The position numbers and the translations under genes were made by a program. A DNA stretch of 63,117 bases, counting the filler, from Octopus bimaculoides (lineage: Eukaryota), in assembly GCF_001194135.2 (NCBI RefSeq). It is 3 parts of 3 records of this genome, joined end to end, with 100 filler letters (N's around TTAATTAATTAA, not from the genome) between each part and the next. Parts side by side here need not be neighbours in the genome. Positions count along the whole stretch, not along the records: positions 1 to 29,528 come from NC_068989.1; 2 more parts are not named here. The stretch is one strand, 5' to 3'. The notes beneath the pieces are model-generated. The model ran no database searches, was not told the DNA's origin, and saw nothing but the letters and a program-made list of their open reading frames with translations. Below are positions 1 to 13,062 of this stretch, piece by piece (positions within the stretch are counted from its first letter, which is position 1; every line of letters begins with the position of its first letter).

Positions 1-737
1 GTATCAAGACAGTTGAAGTATATATTAACTAAATTTGACTGAAGTTGATGGGTGAGCGTTTGGCCAATCAGATTCGCAAGGAACCGTGAAAGCGCCGATT
101 TGTGAGTTCGATTCAGCCTGAGGTTAGCTCATTTTCAGTCATCTGTTTATATTTAAAAATTGTCGCTTCAAATTTGAGAATAAATATCATTATGAGATAT
201 ATTATATACAGTTATATATACACACACACGCACACATATATCGGTACTCCGTCAGTTACGACGACGTGGGTTCCAGTTGATCCAATCAACGGAACAGCTT
301 GCTCGTGCAAGTGGCTGTGTGCTCTACAGACAAGTGTACCCTTAACGTAGTTATCAGAGAGATTCAGCGTGACACAGAGTGTGACAAGGCTGACCCTTTT
401 GAAATACAGGTACTACTTATTTTTGCCAGCTGAGTGGATTGGAGCAATGTGAAATAATGTGTCTTGCTCAAGGACACGACGCGTCGTCGGGAATTGAACT
501 CACGACTTTACGATCGCAAGCGGAATACACTAACCACCATGCATGTGTATGTATGTGCGTATGTATATATCGTTGTTGTACGGAATTGAGGAATGAGATA
601 GTTAAGTAAGCGTCAGTTATGCGCAGTCGTTGTCGTGATACGCATTTCATTATATATATGTGGATATTTCGGGCGAACATTTACGTAAGCCGCTCGCCAC
701 AGGCGCTCATATATTCATTTGCTTTCACGTCCATGGT

Positions 738-774
738 TTCTATCTATCTATCTATCTATCTGTCTATCAATCTG

Positions 775-839
<65 letters not shown>

Positions 840-950
840 TTAGCTAGCTACATAGATACACGTACGCACTCTCCCAACGCATACATGTATACATACACAC
901 ATATATATAGATATATAAATACTTATATATATACACACTTTTTCATGTAC

Positions 951-994
<44 letters not shown>

Positions 995-1840
995 TACATT
1001 CACACAAACACATATCTATGTATGTATAGTATATATATCACATATACACATACATATACACACATACATGCAAACATACGTGTATATATATATATANNNN
1101 NNNNNNNNNNNNNNNNNNNNNNNNNNNNNNNNNNNNNNNNNNNNNNNNNNNNNNNNNNNNNNNNNNNNNNNNNNNNNNNNNNNNNNNNNNNNNNNNNNNN
1201 NNNNNNNNNNNNNNNNNNNNNNNNNNNNNNNNNNNNNNNNNNNNNNNNNNNNNNNNNNNNNNNNNNNNNNNNNNNNNNNNNNNNNNNNNNNNNNNNNNNN
1301 NNNNNNNNNNNNNNNNNNNNNNNNNNNNNNNNNNNNNNNNNNNNNNNNNNNNNNNNNNNNNNNNNNNNNNNNNNNNNNNNNNNNNNNNNNNNNNNNNNNN
1401 NNNNNNNNNNNNNNNNNNNNNNNNNNNNNNNNNNNNNNNNNNNNNNNNNNNNNNNNNNNNNNNNNNNNNNNNNNNNNNNNNNNNNNNNNNNNNNNNNNNN
1501 NNNNNNNNNNNNNNNNNNNNNNNNNNNNNNNNNNNNNNNNNNNNNNNNNNNNNNNNNNNNNNNNNNNNNNNNNNNNNNNNNNNNNNNNNNNNNNNNNNNN
1601 NNNNNNNNNNNNNNNNNNNNNNNNNNNNNNNNNNNNNNNNNNNNNNNNNNNNNNNNNNNNNNNNNNNNNNNNNNNNNNNNNNNNNNNNNNNNNNNNNNNN
1701 NNNNNNNNNNNNNNNNNNNNNNNNNNNNNNNNNNNNNNNNNNNNNNNNNNNNNNNNNNNNNNTGTATGTATGTATGTATGTATGTATGTATGTATGTATC
1801 TATCTATCTGTCTATCTAGCTATATATCTGTTTTTCTCAT

Positions 1841-1881
<41 letters not shown>

Positions 1882-1965
1882 TCGAACAGTGATAATGTTT
1901 ATCCAACACTGCCTGTGTTGGATAAACACTTCATTATTTGTTAATCCACAAATAATGTGTATAAT

Positions 1966-2002
<37 letters not shown>

Positions 2003-2157
2003 CACACACACACACACACACACTCGCACACAAATCTTTCACACATACACACACACTGACTGTATTAGCATCATACAAACTCATAAATTTGCTGTGCAAC
2101 CAATGGTAACACACTACTAGTCGCTAGTATTTGATTTTATTGTTACGACCGATAATT

Positions 2158-2207
<50 letters not shown>

Positions 2208-2222
2208 GCTACTACTACTACT
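738..2222. repeat. Compound microsatellite cluster: (TCTA)n, (TA)n, (TATG)n, (CT)n, (CA)n, (CTA)n around a gap
   Basis: Directly visible. Similar clusters occur at about 3677-3752, 9011-9229, 22499-22800, 23940-24234, 26236-26285, 28060-28238, 32245-32663, 41480-41660 and 45487-45530. Confidence 0.95.
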
Positions 2223-3675
2223 GCGGAGTGTAGTAAGTACTTATGTTAGTTGTTCAACTACTTACTTCTCTTAGAATAACTATCAGCTTCTTGCTCGTCT
2301 CTACATCCACTTCCCGCCTCCTTCGCAAATTTTTGCTAGAAGCTGTATACAAGCGAAGTGAAATTGCACAGTTTAATTAGGTTTTTGACAAGATTATTAT
2401 TAGAGCTATCTTCTTCTTACTACAGTTAACCGAGTGGAAAATTCTCTCGGAATCACTTTCCACCACGAAATGGCGGAGTCAACTAAGAAAATTTGCCGTG
2501 TGCTATGTGACGACTTCATAAAGATTTCATAATTACCGACTTTTAACTGATTGCTTTCATCTCCTCCCGATTCCATATTCCTTTCGTTTTACTGCTTCGC
2601 CAAATCACTTTCCAAATTCTTGTTTCTACGCCTTCCCTTTATCCCCCATCCATTCCCCCGTTACATTTCTTCTATGTCCTTTCATTCAATATCTCGTGCC
2701 TTTCACGCTCCTCCTCTTCCTCCTCCTCTTCTTCTTTTCCCCAACGCTTTTCCCTTCCTCGTTCCTTCCTCTCTTCTCACCAGACTCTTTAGTTCTTCGG
2801 TTCTTTCTGCTCACCTCACCCCCAACACAATATTTCAGCTGCCATACGTCTCTCTCCTTCTTACACCGTTAGTTTTCCATTCAATTCACTTTTAATAACA
2901 GTCTCTCTTTTTTCATTTTGTTCGTTGGACATCGTTTTTAAAAATGGTTGTTAGAAGTGTCTTTCCAGCCGCCCACTCTGACATTGGGGGATAAACAACT
3001 AAAAAATGAGAACTAAATCACTCACAAATACATACATACACACACACACACACATATATATACGAATCAGAGGTTAATGATTCTACAATTAGCTCAGTTT
3101 TTCTTCCTGAAACTTTTCTTATTTCTTATTCTTTTGCCTCTCGAACTGTTTAGTCATCTTTCTGTGTCTTATTTTCTCTGTCTCCGAAACCCCCTTTCTC
3201 TTTCTCTTTCTCCCCCTCTTTGTCTCCTCTCCCTTTCCCACCTCTCTTTCCTTCGGCATTCTGTCTGTCTGTGTCTGTCTCTCTATGTACACACTCTCTC
3301 GTTTCCCTTCGCTCTCCCCTCCTTAATGACGCTTTCTCTTTCTCCTCACACATTCCCTCTCGATGCCGTTTGTCCACCATTTTGGTTGCATATATCTCTC
3401 GTCTCTATCATCACAGTCTCTCTCACGTACTCTGTCTCTTACCTTATTGTCTGTTTCTCAACCACTTTTATTGTCTGCCTGACTTCTTCCTGATTCTTTA
3501 TTGCGTTATGTCTCTCGCCATCTCTACAATTCTACAATTTTATCGCCCCGACCCCGCATCTCCCTCTCTCTCACCGTTTGTGTCCTTCCGTCTTGATATC
3601 TTGGTCTGCCATGTTATCTGCTTTTCTGTCTCTCTCTGTCTCTCTCTCTCCGTCTCTTCCTATCTCCCTCCCTCC

Positions 3676-3753
<78 letters not shown>

Positions 3754-4262
3754 CCTTCTCTCTCCTTCTCTCTCCCACTGGCTGTGTCTTTCCGCTTCTC
3801 TGTTGTCTTCGTTCTCTTCTTAACCTCTTTTCTCTCTTGTTAAACGAAAAAGGCAAAACTTAGTTGCATCTGTGTGAAGTCCAAAAGCAATCTAGGGTTC
3901 AGCCAGGTCATAAGTAAGAACCAGTTCAGTTCCGAATGAGATTGGAAGTTTAATTTTGTCGTGTCGTCTGCCACTAATGAAATGGCGCCGGAAATCAATT
4001 GTAGTGTTAAAGAGTCCTCTCTATTCTACAATTTTCTGCTATGATTGCACAAACCAAATCATACACAGGTTCATTTAGTTAACACTCTTTGTTCACTGAT
4101 ATTTTCCAGTCTTATATAAACACGTATACGCAAAGATATACGGACACACATTCTTTCTGCCATACACATATACATGCATAATGTGTGAGTGTGAGTATAG
4201 GCATGTACATGTATTTATACGCATAAATATACGTCAAATGTATATTGATTCATATAGGGAAG

Positions 4263-4339
<77 letters not shown>

Positions 4340-6005
4340 GTAAGAACTTACTGTGACAAGGCTGCGTGGCGTTCGATTATAAATAAATAAAAGACACACA
4401 TTACGCACAGGAAATCACCAACGAGCGAGAAACACGTAAACACACGAGAGATAAGTACAGGACAAAATACGAAACGATACACAATAAGTGCAGGACGTCA
4501 CCAACGAGTGAAAAATACGTAAACACATAACGAGAGACAAGTATGGGACAAGAAAACCAAAAGAAGTCTAACTCCTCCTCAGTTGTCTATTGTTTATTAC
4601 TCCCTATTTCGTTAAAAGTCACCCGACAGTAAATCAAAATTCCGTAGATACTTAATATTTAATGTTTATTCGTTCCAGTTATGAATGTTTAATAATTGAA
4701 TGCTGTGAGTTAAAATTACGGTTCTTTTTTTCAATATTTGTCTATTTATTACCGAAGTCTCATATAAAATAATTTTTTTGCTTTAATCTTGGAATTAAAT
4801 GGGATTTGATTTGCTGTCAGGTAACTTTTGTTTAACCATATATATGTTTCTATATATGTGTATATATCTATATAAAATTGAAATATACAGCAGTTTGCAA
4901 TGTTTTACCAAAAAGAATAACTATAATTGTCACCAAATGTGACTAGGGTGTTAGAGACACCTACATCGCTAGAAATAAGAGCTAAAATGCCCTAATGCTG
5001 TAGTCAACACGCATAATTGTATACATATACAGGCAGGGACTGCAATCGTCCGAAAACACCGTTCGAGAATTCCTCATACCTAATTCAGTTTCAGCAGAAC
5101 CATATTGAATAAATTTACTCTTTAGTATTTCAAGTTATTTTTATGTAATTTTGGTAAATATATCTGTAAAAATGAGAGATGTCAGTGTTATTTTCATTTT
5201 ATACGACACGTATAAACATATTTATACCCACTTCTTACGCTTGCGCACAAACAACGTACATATACACATACGCACGATATATAAATATGTGTGTGTTTTA
5301 TTTTATAAACCCATGTGTGTGTGTGTATGTATATATTATATCATAAACACACCTATATGCATGTGTGTGTGAGTGAAAACATGTCATGAACAGCTTGCAC
5401 CCAGAGCCGTCGAGGTCGATACAGATTCGAAGACTCTGTCACAGATGATCTTTTCTGGTAAAAACACACACTGAATGCAACCAAAATTGTATTAGGAAGA
5501 TTGGCTTTCCTCTTCAGAACCTGAACACTTTGTCGGCCTTCAACAACAAATATCTCCCGATGGTTTGCTGTTGCTACACCAAGGTCGGTGCTATTGCTTC
5601 ACACTTTGATATCCCGGCCTACATTCAAAGATAGGTTTCCGAAAGGTTTGCGTATAGTCACTCAGCAACTCGCTTCCAAATTCTAAACCACAGGCGTTCT
5701 CTATCTTGCCTCTACTTTTCCCAATCCTTTTGTATACTGGGTTTTCGGATCTATTTGATCGTTTCTTTATTTTCTATTTTTTTAAAATTGTCAGTAATTA
5801 GACTGCGGCCATGTTGAGGCACCGGCTTGAGGAATTTTAATCGACTCCAGTACGTATTTTCTTTTTAAGCCTGACACTTATTCTGTCGATCTGTTTTACC
5901 GAACCGCTAGGTTATGAGGATGTAAACACACCAACACCGGTTGTCAAGCGGTGATGGGAGACATACAGAAACACACACACGCTCTCACATACGCTCGCAC
6001 GCACG

Positions 6006-6057
<52 letters not shown>

Positions 6058-8250
6058 GAGGAATATATACACATATATATTCATATATATAGATATAAAT
6101 GTGGATATATGCGTCTATATTATTGGTTTCAAATTTTGGCACAGAGCCACCAATTTCGGAGGAGGGGCAAAGTGGAGGAGAACGATCCCATTGCTCGACT
6201 GTAATTGCTCATCAGTAATTGTTCAGTTCTTGGTGAGATCAGATTTGACCTTCATCTTTACGAGGCCAATAAAACAAAGAACAAGTTAAGTATTAGTATT
6301 AATAATTTACTAGTTGGTCGATGTAATCGGTTAGTCCTCTCCTTCTAAGTTTCAGACAATGTGCCTACTTCAAAAACAGTTATTATTATTGTTGTGGTGA
6401 CTTTTGTTTCTTGCCTCAGTAAGACATGTATCATATTACTCGTGTGATTAAAAAAAGAAAAATGGAAGCCGATTTTTTTTTTTTCGTGAACTATGTTCAT
6501 GAAAATGCTGGTTTTTATTACCGTTATATTTTGTTCCCCGGTTTAGGAAAAACATGATTCACTTCGCCAAACAGATTTCGCTTTTGACCGTCAAGCAAAG
6601 AACAAAAGAAGTGCAAGTTTTGTAAACAAGGAAATTGATATTTGTACTTCAAATAGCAGACGAGAAGAGAAATGTAATTTTTCACTAGTGAATACATGTC
6701 ACACTTCGACATACAAAAATAATATAAGACAAATTCTAACAGAAAAAATAAATAAAAAATAAAAAATAGCAGCAACATCAGAAATTCTACTTAAGCTTCA
6801 GTTACCAGCAGTGAAGAAATTCAGTATATGAGTCTACTTGTAGAGAATAAGATGACGCAGTACAAATATGTGACGGAATCAAATGCTTCCTTACCTGAAT
6901 CTCTTAGGCAAGAACGGAAGAGGAAGTAAGTAACCCACTTCTACTTCAAAAACGAAGGAAGACAGTTCACAGTTTGCTCCCCACCCCCAGTGAACGTTTG
7001 AAGGAGGTCTTCGTGGATGTTTGAATAAATGCAGTTTTTGTCGATCGTAGCGGGAAGTACGTGAGTATTTGTCTGGTCTTCAAGGCCGAAGCGAGGCGAA
7101 ACCACAAGTTAAGATATTATGAAACACACCTGTGTATAGGCTTAACAGAATGGTGATAATAAAGGACTAGAGGACAGAGATCAGTGTGGATGTATAAGTC
7201 CTAATGACCCATGAAAACCATAAGGCTATTCCTGGAACTTTATGGGTGAAGAAATAAAAGCAATAAGACTGATGTTGTTGTGAAGAAAGCCTTGCAGCTA
7301 CACACGTGTAGTCGTAAGAAAAACTTGAGGGCTTTCTGCCCTGAGGTACTAGAAAATTACAGCAAGAGACAGCAATAGAAACAAACAGCACACAACGGGC
7401 TTTCAGATTCCGTCTACCAAATCCTCTCACAATGCTTTGGACGGCGGTCGAGCTCCAGTAGAAGATACTTGCCAAGGTGCCACGCAGAGGGACTGAACCT
7501 AGAACTGTGTAGTTGGGAAGCAAGCTATTATACTTTTTATATAATCCTATATTTATCCCAGATTTTCCTATAATTTTATAAAATTTTAAAATTTATTCAT
7601 TGTGTAAAGTTGTTTCGTCCATACCGACATGTTTATAAAACCTGCTTGTTTTGTCTCTCGTACGTAGGTAAAATTCCTTGTTGGCAAATAAATTAAAATA
7701 AACATCTGCGTATCATACTTATTGCAAATACATCCAAATAAAATTTAAAAAAGCTTACTGCGGTGCCATTCTCCCGGAGATAATATCCTTTATGGACGTG
7801 CTGTGTTCAAAAATACAGTAGGTATATATCAGATGGAGTCGGGACTCGTTCCAGCTACGGTGAGTGAGAATGTTAACTACATTTCTACATTTCTACATTA
7901 GAAATATTTCGTTGAACATTATCAGTAATGCGTACTCACTGACAGCATGCCAATACGAAATCCGCCACAATTGACAAATTAAATGCCCTCTGAACAAATA
8001 ATCACAGGGTTTGTAAATAGACGCCTGACTGAACAAAAATCTGTTATTATTATTATTATTATTATTATCTATTTTCATGTGTCATGTGCCAACAGCAATT
8101 TTCAAACAGCATCACGATAACAGATGTCACTAACTGTAACTGTTTATGATAATAAATATTTACTCTAGCAGAGTTTATTGGCTACCTTTGATATAATTCG
8201 GTGCGTAAAATTACTTGCAAACACATTATGTGTGTGCGTGTGTGTGTGTA

Positions 8251-8286
<36 letters not shown>

Positions 8287-8290
8287 TGTC

Positions 8291-8912
8291 TATAATTTAA
8301 TAAACATGATATATGATTTTATGTGCTATTATTAGTTTCATACGATGAAAGCATGCCAGGCAGTGTACTTTAACGCGTTTGGTGTCTTAGCGTAATCCTC
8401 AGGCACTGCCCACATGGCATAACAAACTAAAAATAGGACGATAGGAAGCGAGAAAACGCGAGAAAGAAGTAGATATGAAAAGATCGAAAAACCTAGAAAC
8501 GCAAAATAAAACAGAAAGAAGCAAAAGGTTATGGTCCTTTTTACGAATTGGATAGTTCCACTCTCTCCGAAAGAGCAGTTGTACCACAGACCCTAGGCCA
8601 CTCACTTTTCAGTCATATACTTTATGGTGAGAGAGAAAATAACTCTAATTCACCTCACCTTTTGCTTCTTTCTATTTTCTTTTTCGTTTTTCAGTTTTTC
8701 AACCTTTTTATATTTACTTCTTTTTCGCCTTTTCTCGCTTTTTCTTCCGATCCTATCGTCCTATTTTCAGCTTGTTATGCCAAGTGAGCAGTGCCTGAGG
8801 ATTGCGCTGAGACACAAAACGTGTTAAAGAATACTGTCTAGCATGCTTTTATCGCATGAAACTAATAGTAGCACATAAAAAAAGAACATATATCGTAGTT
8901 ATTAAATAATAT
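8291..8912. mobile_element. Fold-back element with about 240-bp inverted arms and degenerate hammerhead-like motifs
   Basis: 8291-8529 is the approximate reverse complement of 8657-8912, with a 127-bp spacer. CTGAGGA occurs at 8795-8801 (plus) and 8396-8402 (minus). Confidence 0.75.
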
Positions 8913-9008
8913 TTATCTCTCACCAGATGGAGCACTTTTTTTGTTGATCTTACCATCACGGAACAGCACACACACACACACTATATATATGTATAAATAT
9001 ATATATAT

Positions 9009-9064
<56 letters not shown>

Positions 9065-9168
9065 NNNNNNNNNNNNNNNNNNNNNNNNNNNNNNNNNNNN
9101 NNNNNNNNNNNNNNNNNNNNNNNNNNNNNNNNNNNNNNNNNNNNNNNNNNNNNNNNNNNNNNNNNNNN

Positions 9169-9231
<63 letters not shown>

Positions 9232-11175
9232 GTCGTTGATTTTATTCTTGCTTTTATCCGTGTACACGAGTTATTTTTTTTACTGCCAGATATCAGCAGC
9301 TAACATTAGTTTTCTGAATTTATAAATAAGAGCTACAAACTCTTGTTAGATCGGTTATCCGGCGTGCCCTTGTCTGTGAAGACACACCGATCTCGTAACA
9401 TTAAGTGTCTCAAAGTCTACTTGCGCTAGTGAATCGAGTCTGTTATGAACACATATTCTTTTGAAATGAGAAGTTGTTTTCCAACGACGAAATACATTAG
9501 CAATTAACATATTCACGTTCGAATCTGCCGGAACGTATTAAGAATGAATATGTAATATATATGTCATCGCATAGTAGAATTATATTATCTAATGTATCCT
9601 TCGTTGTTTTTTATATGACAAACTGTGATTTACGTGAGATTTTGGCTGTAATTTCTACCCTGTGAAGATTTTTTTGTCGGCTTCAAAAATATCATGTTTT
9701 AAGCAAGTTTAATACGAGACTGGCACAAGGCCACGCATTTTTAAGAGACAGATATATTTAGCACAATTCATTGCCAGTATAATTACTAGTCGTATTCCTG
9801 GTATTTATTTTGGCGGACGAGTATACTCTGTTATAGCAATACTCTGGTGCTTACCTTTCGTACCCACTTCATCAACCACGGAAAAACAGAAACCAAGAGC
9901 AGCAGATCAACGTTATAAGCGATTGAACGTAAATACGTGCTACATGGCATTGGCTATTGCGATCTGCTTATTTCGCCAACCGCTGCTAATCTCTGCCCAA
10001 TAAACCATTGAGATAAAATTCAATTGACTGGAAAACATTCCCTTTTAAAATTAACTTTATTTCATATCGTGATGTCTCTTGGGAGAGTCATTACGCCAAT
10101 AATAATAATAACGCAATATCATTACGCCAATAATAGCAACACGTACAATTACGAGGCAGAGTTGAATGTAAGCATCCGCGTTTAAAATTGGCTTTGTTTC
10201 TAAACAATGTGTAGTTTGTATACGTAAGCTGTACAGAGAAACGAATGCGTTCATACATATGCAAACACATATGTACACAGATATATACAAAAACACATTA
10301 ACACAAACATACAAGTGTACATGTACACAAAATGCACTTGTTTATAGATGTGTGCGAGTGTGCATATGTATGTATGTGTGTATGCATGTATATTTGTATG
10401 TGTATGCATAAGAGAGAGCGGAGAGTATGAAAGAGAGAGAGAGAGAGAGAGAGTGATACAGCCAGCATCTCTGCGAGTCCTCAAAGTCTTTGAACCCCCA
10501 TTGAACTTAATTGAGAACTATTTACCAATAATTCTCGAAAAGCCATAGACGAAACGAAACATACTTTGTCGGACTAACGATTATGGATTAAATGTTTATC
10601 TACAATAGGAGCTATTTGTTGCGCTAGTGCAAAGGCCAAATAAACGTGCGCATGCCCACTCTCACTCAAGGCGTTTAATTCTATCCACGCTTATAGTTGT
10701 CGGAACCGCTATCTTTGATAAATGTACCGTCTGCCTTACTTGCTGTCATTGAAATAACCACAAAAAGTTTGGTTCATAATCGTCAAACTTGTAGTATAAA
10801 GCAGAACTATCCCCTCTGATTTTATAATTTCCATTTATATTAAGACCTGCAAGACTCTGAAGTCACCTAGGAGTTTCCACAGGAATAGGGATAATAAATA
10901 GTTTATCCCAGAAGAAAAGGTGAAGAAAACCAGTTCAGACAAACTCTCGGTGTCATGTGATATCATTCATGTTCCCACCAGCAGAAATAACAGCAACAAG
11001 AAAAGTTTAAACCAAGCGCCTAAAAGGAAAGAAAACTAGGTCGGAACTCTTCATGGACTGCTTAGTTTCTGATGGCGCTCCATACGCCACCGAGTTTTAG
11101 GACGCATAGGGTCGGCTTCCATGGCCTACAAGTGACCGCATAACATTTCCCACCAATCTACTACAGGGTTACTCT

Positions 11176-11588
11176 TTTATTCTTTTACTTGTTTCAGCTA
11201 TTTTGACTGCGGCCATGCTGGAGCACCGCCTTTAGTCGAGAAAATCGACCTCAGGACTTATTCTTTGTAAGCCTAGTACTTATTCTATCGGTCTCTTTTG
11301 CCGAACCGCTAAGTTACGGGGACGTAAACACACCACCATCGGTTGTCAAGCGATGGGGGGACAAACACAGACACACAAACATACACACACACACGCACAC
11401 GCACACAGACATACATATATATATATATATACATACATATATACGACGGGCTTCTTTCCACTCACAAGGCTTTGGTCGGCCCGAGGCTATAGTAGAAGAC
11501 ACTTGCCCAAGGTGCCACGCAGTGGGAATGAACCCGGAACCATGTGGTTGGTAAGCGAGTTACTTACCACACAGCCACTCTTGCGCCT
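11176..11588 (-). mobile_element. Full-length tRNA-derived SINE, family A (CORE-like)
   Basis: On the minus strand: head GGCGCAAGAGTGGCTGTGTGGTAAG..., B-box GGTTCATTCCC, central CCTTGGGCAAGTGTCTT, internal (TA/CA) microsatellite and an (AAGAGT)-type tail. It matches many other copies in the window. Confidence 0.85.
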
Positions 11589-12157
11589 ACTCATTTTGGT
11601 TGAACTGTAGCAATATGAAATGAAATATTTTGCTCAAGAAGATAACGCAGCGCCCGGTCCGGGAATTGAGACCACTATCTTGCGATCAGCACTCTAACTG
11701 CTAAACTACACACCTTCACGTTGAACCAGCATATTTCAACAAATATCTGAAAAAGAAACTTATTCTGCACAGCCAAAGAGATGCGTATGCTTTCCCATAA
11801 ACTCGAGGATGATATTAAAATCGATAAGAAGTGTAGCCACTCGTGGACCTGTGAGAATAACATCAAAATTATATTTTTGCAGTCTAGTTGTTCGTGATAG
11901 CTGCAAAATACCTGTTGAATAAAATATGACGCTGAAGAGATGCGACCCTAATGTCGATTATGCCATATCTGTAGAAGATGATACGCCTGTAATCAGCAAC
12001 TGCCTAGAAATGTCATTAAGATCTGACTTTCCAATGCAGTATGATATTGTTGATAAAGCTGATACAACACCGTGCATAGGAAAGACCACACTGGGTTAAA
12101 TATCGCAAATACTTTTTATGTAGAGTATAATATATACGTTACAACAAAAGAAATGCT

Positions 12158-12360
12158 GGTAGAACATCCCCATAAAAATCTACGGCAAATACAAACATGA
12201 CAGGCCTGATATAATTGTTCGGAACATAAGAGAAAAATGATGTACGTAGTTAGAATATGACAATGCAGATCAAAGGGAGAAAAGAATAAAGAGAAAAGAA
12301 ACAACTCGGTACTAAGCTGTAAAGCGGAGAATTTAGAGTTAAAATCGCAGGATATTTTAT
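12158..12360 (+). mobile_element. Decayed non-LTR retrotransposon fragment, restriction-like endonuclease (RLE) domain
   Basis: Translates W*NIPIKIYGKYKHDRPDIIVRNIREK*CT*LEYDNADQREKRIKRKETTRY*AV. This matches the RLE consensus W.VPI.....KHNRPDIVV.DK..K.C..ID......KE.EK..KY with multiple stops. Confidence 0.6.
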
Positions 12361-12500
12361 TGAGACATATGACAATATACTATCCCATCAGGAGCTACCA
12401 GAAGCCCGTAATGAAGCAGAATACAAAAGTTAATCGCGGAATATTTGGAGAAGCAATAAATCACAGTGTCTCTCTCAATTTTGGCAAAAACATTTATACA

Positions 12501-12828
12501 GGTGCAGGAGTGGCTGTGTGGTAAGTAGCTTGCTTACCACCCACATGGTTCTGGGTTCAGTCCCACTGCGTTGTACCTTGGGTAAGTGTCTTCTACTATA
12601 GTCTCGGGCCGACCAAAGCCTTGTGAGTGGATTTGGTAGACTGAAACTGAAAGAAGCCCGTCGTATATATGTATATGTATATATATATGTATGTGTTTGT
12701 GTGTTTGTCCCCCCAACACCGCTTGACAACCGATGCTGATGTGTTTACATCCCCGTAACGTAGCGGTCCGGCACAAGAGACCGATAGAATAAGTACTAGG
12801 CTTACAAAGAATAAGTCCTGGGGTCGAT
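12501..12828 (+). mobile_element. SINE family A, truncated by gap
   Basis: Near-identical to the 11176-11588 copy, in opposite orientation. Confidence 0.85.
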
Positions 12829-13022
12829 NNNNNNNNNNNNNNNNNNNNNNNNNNNNNNNNNNNNNNNNNNNNNNNNNNNNNNNNNNNNNNNNNNNNNNNN
12901 NNNNNNNNNNNNNNNNNNNNNNNNNNNNNNNNNNNNNNNNNNNNNNNNNNNNNNNNNNNNNNNNNNNNNNNNNNNNNNNNNNNNNNNNNNNNNNNNNNNN
13001 NNNNNNNNNNNNNNNNNNNNNN

Positions 13023-13062
<40 letters not shown>

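Noticed and set aside
2468-4045. AAATGGCG (YY1/Kozak-like) starts at about 2469 and 3980
   Set aside because: Both frames close within about 20 codons and have no good donor.
6546-6930. Two adjacent open plus-strand frames (EKHDSLRQ...; VTSSEEIQ...RKRK*)
   Set aside because: No recognisable homology, they do not join in frame, and the acceptors are weak.
11500-11588. tRNA-like A/B boxes at SINE heads as tRNA genes
   Set aside because: There is no complete cloverleaf, and each continues directly into multi-copy SINE bodies.
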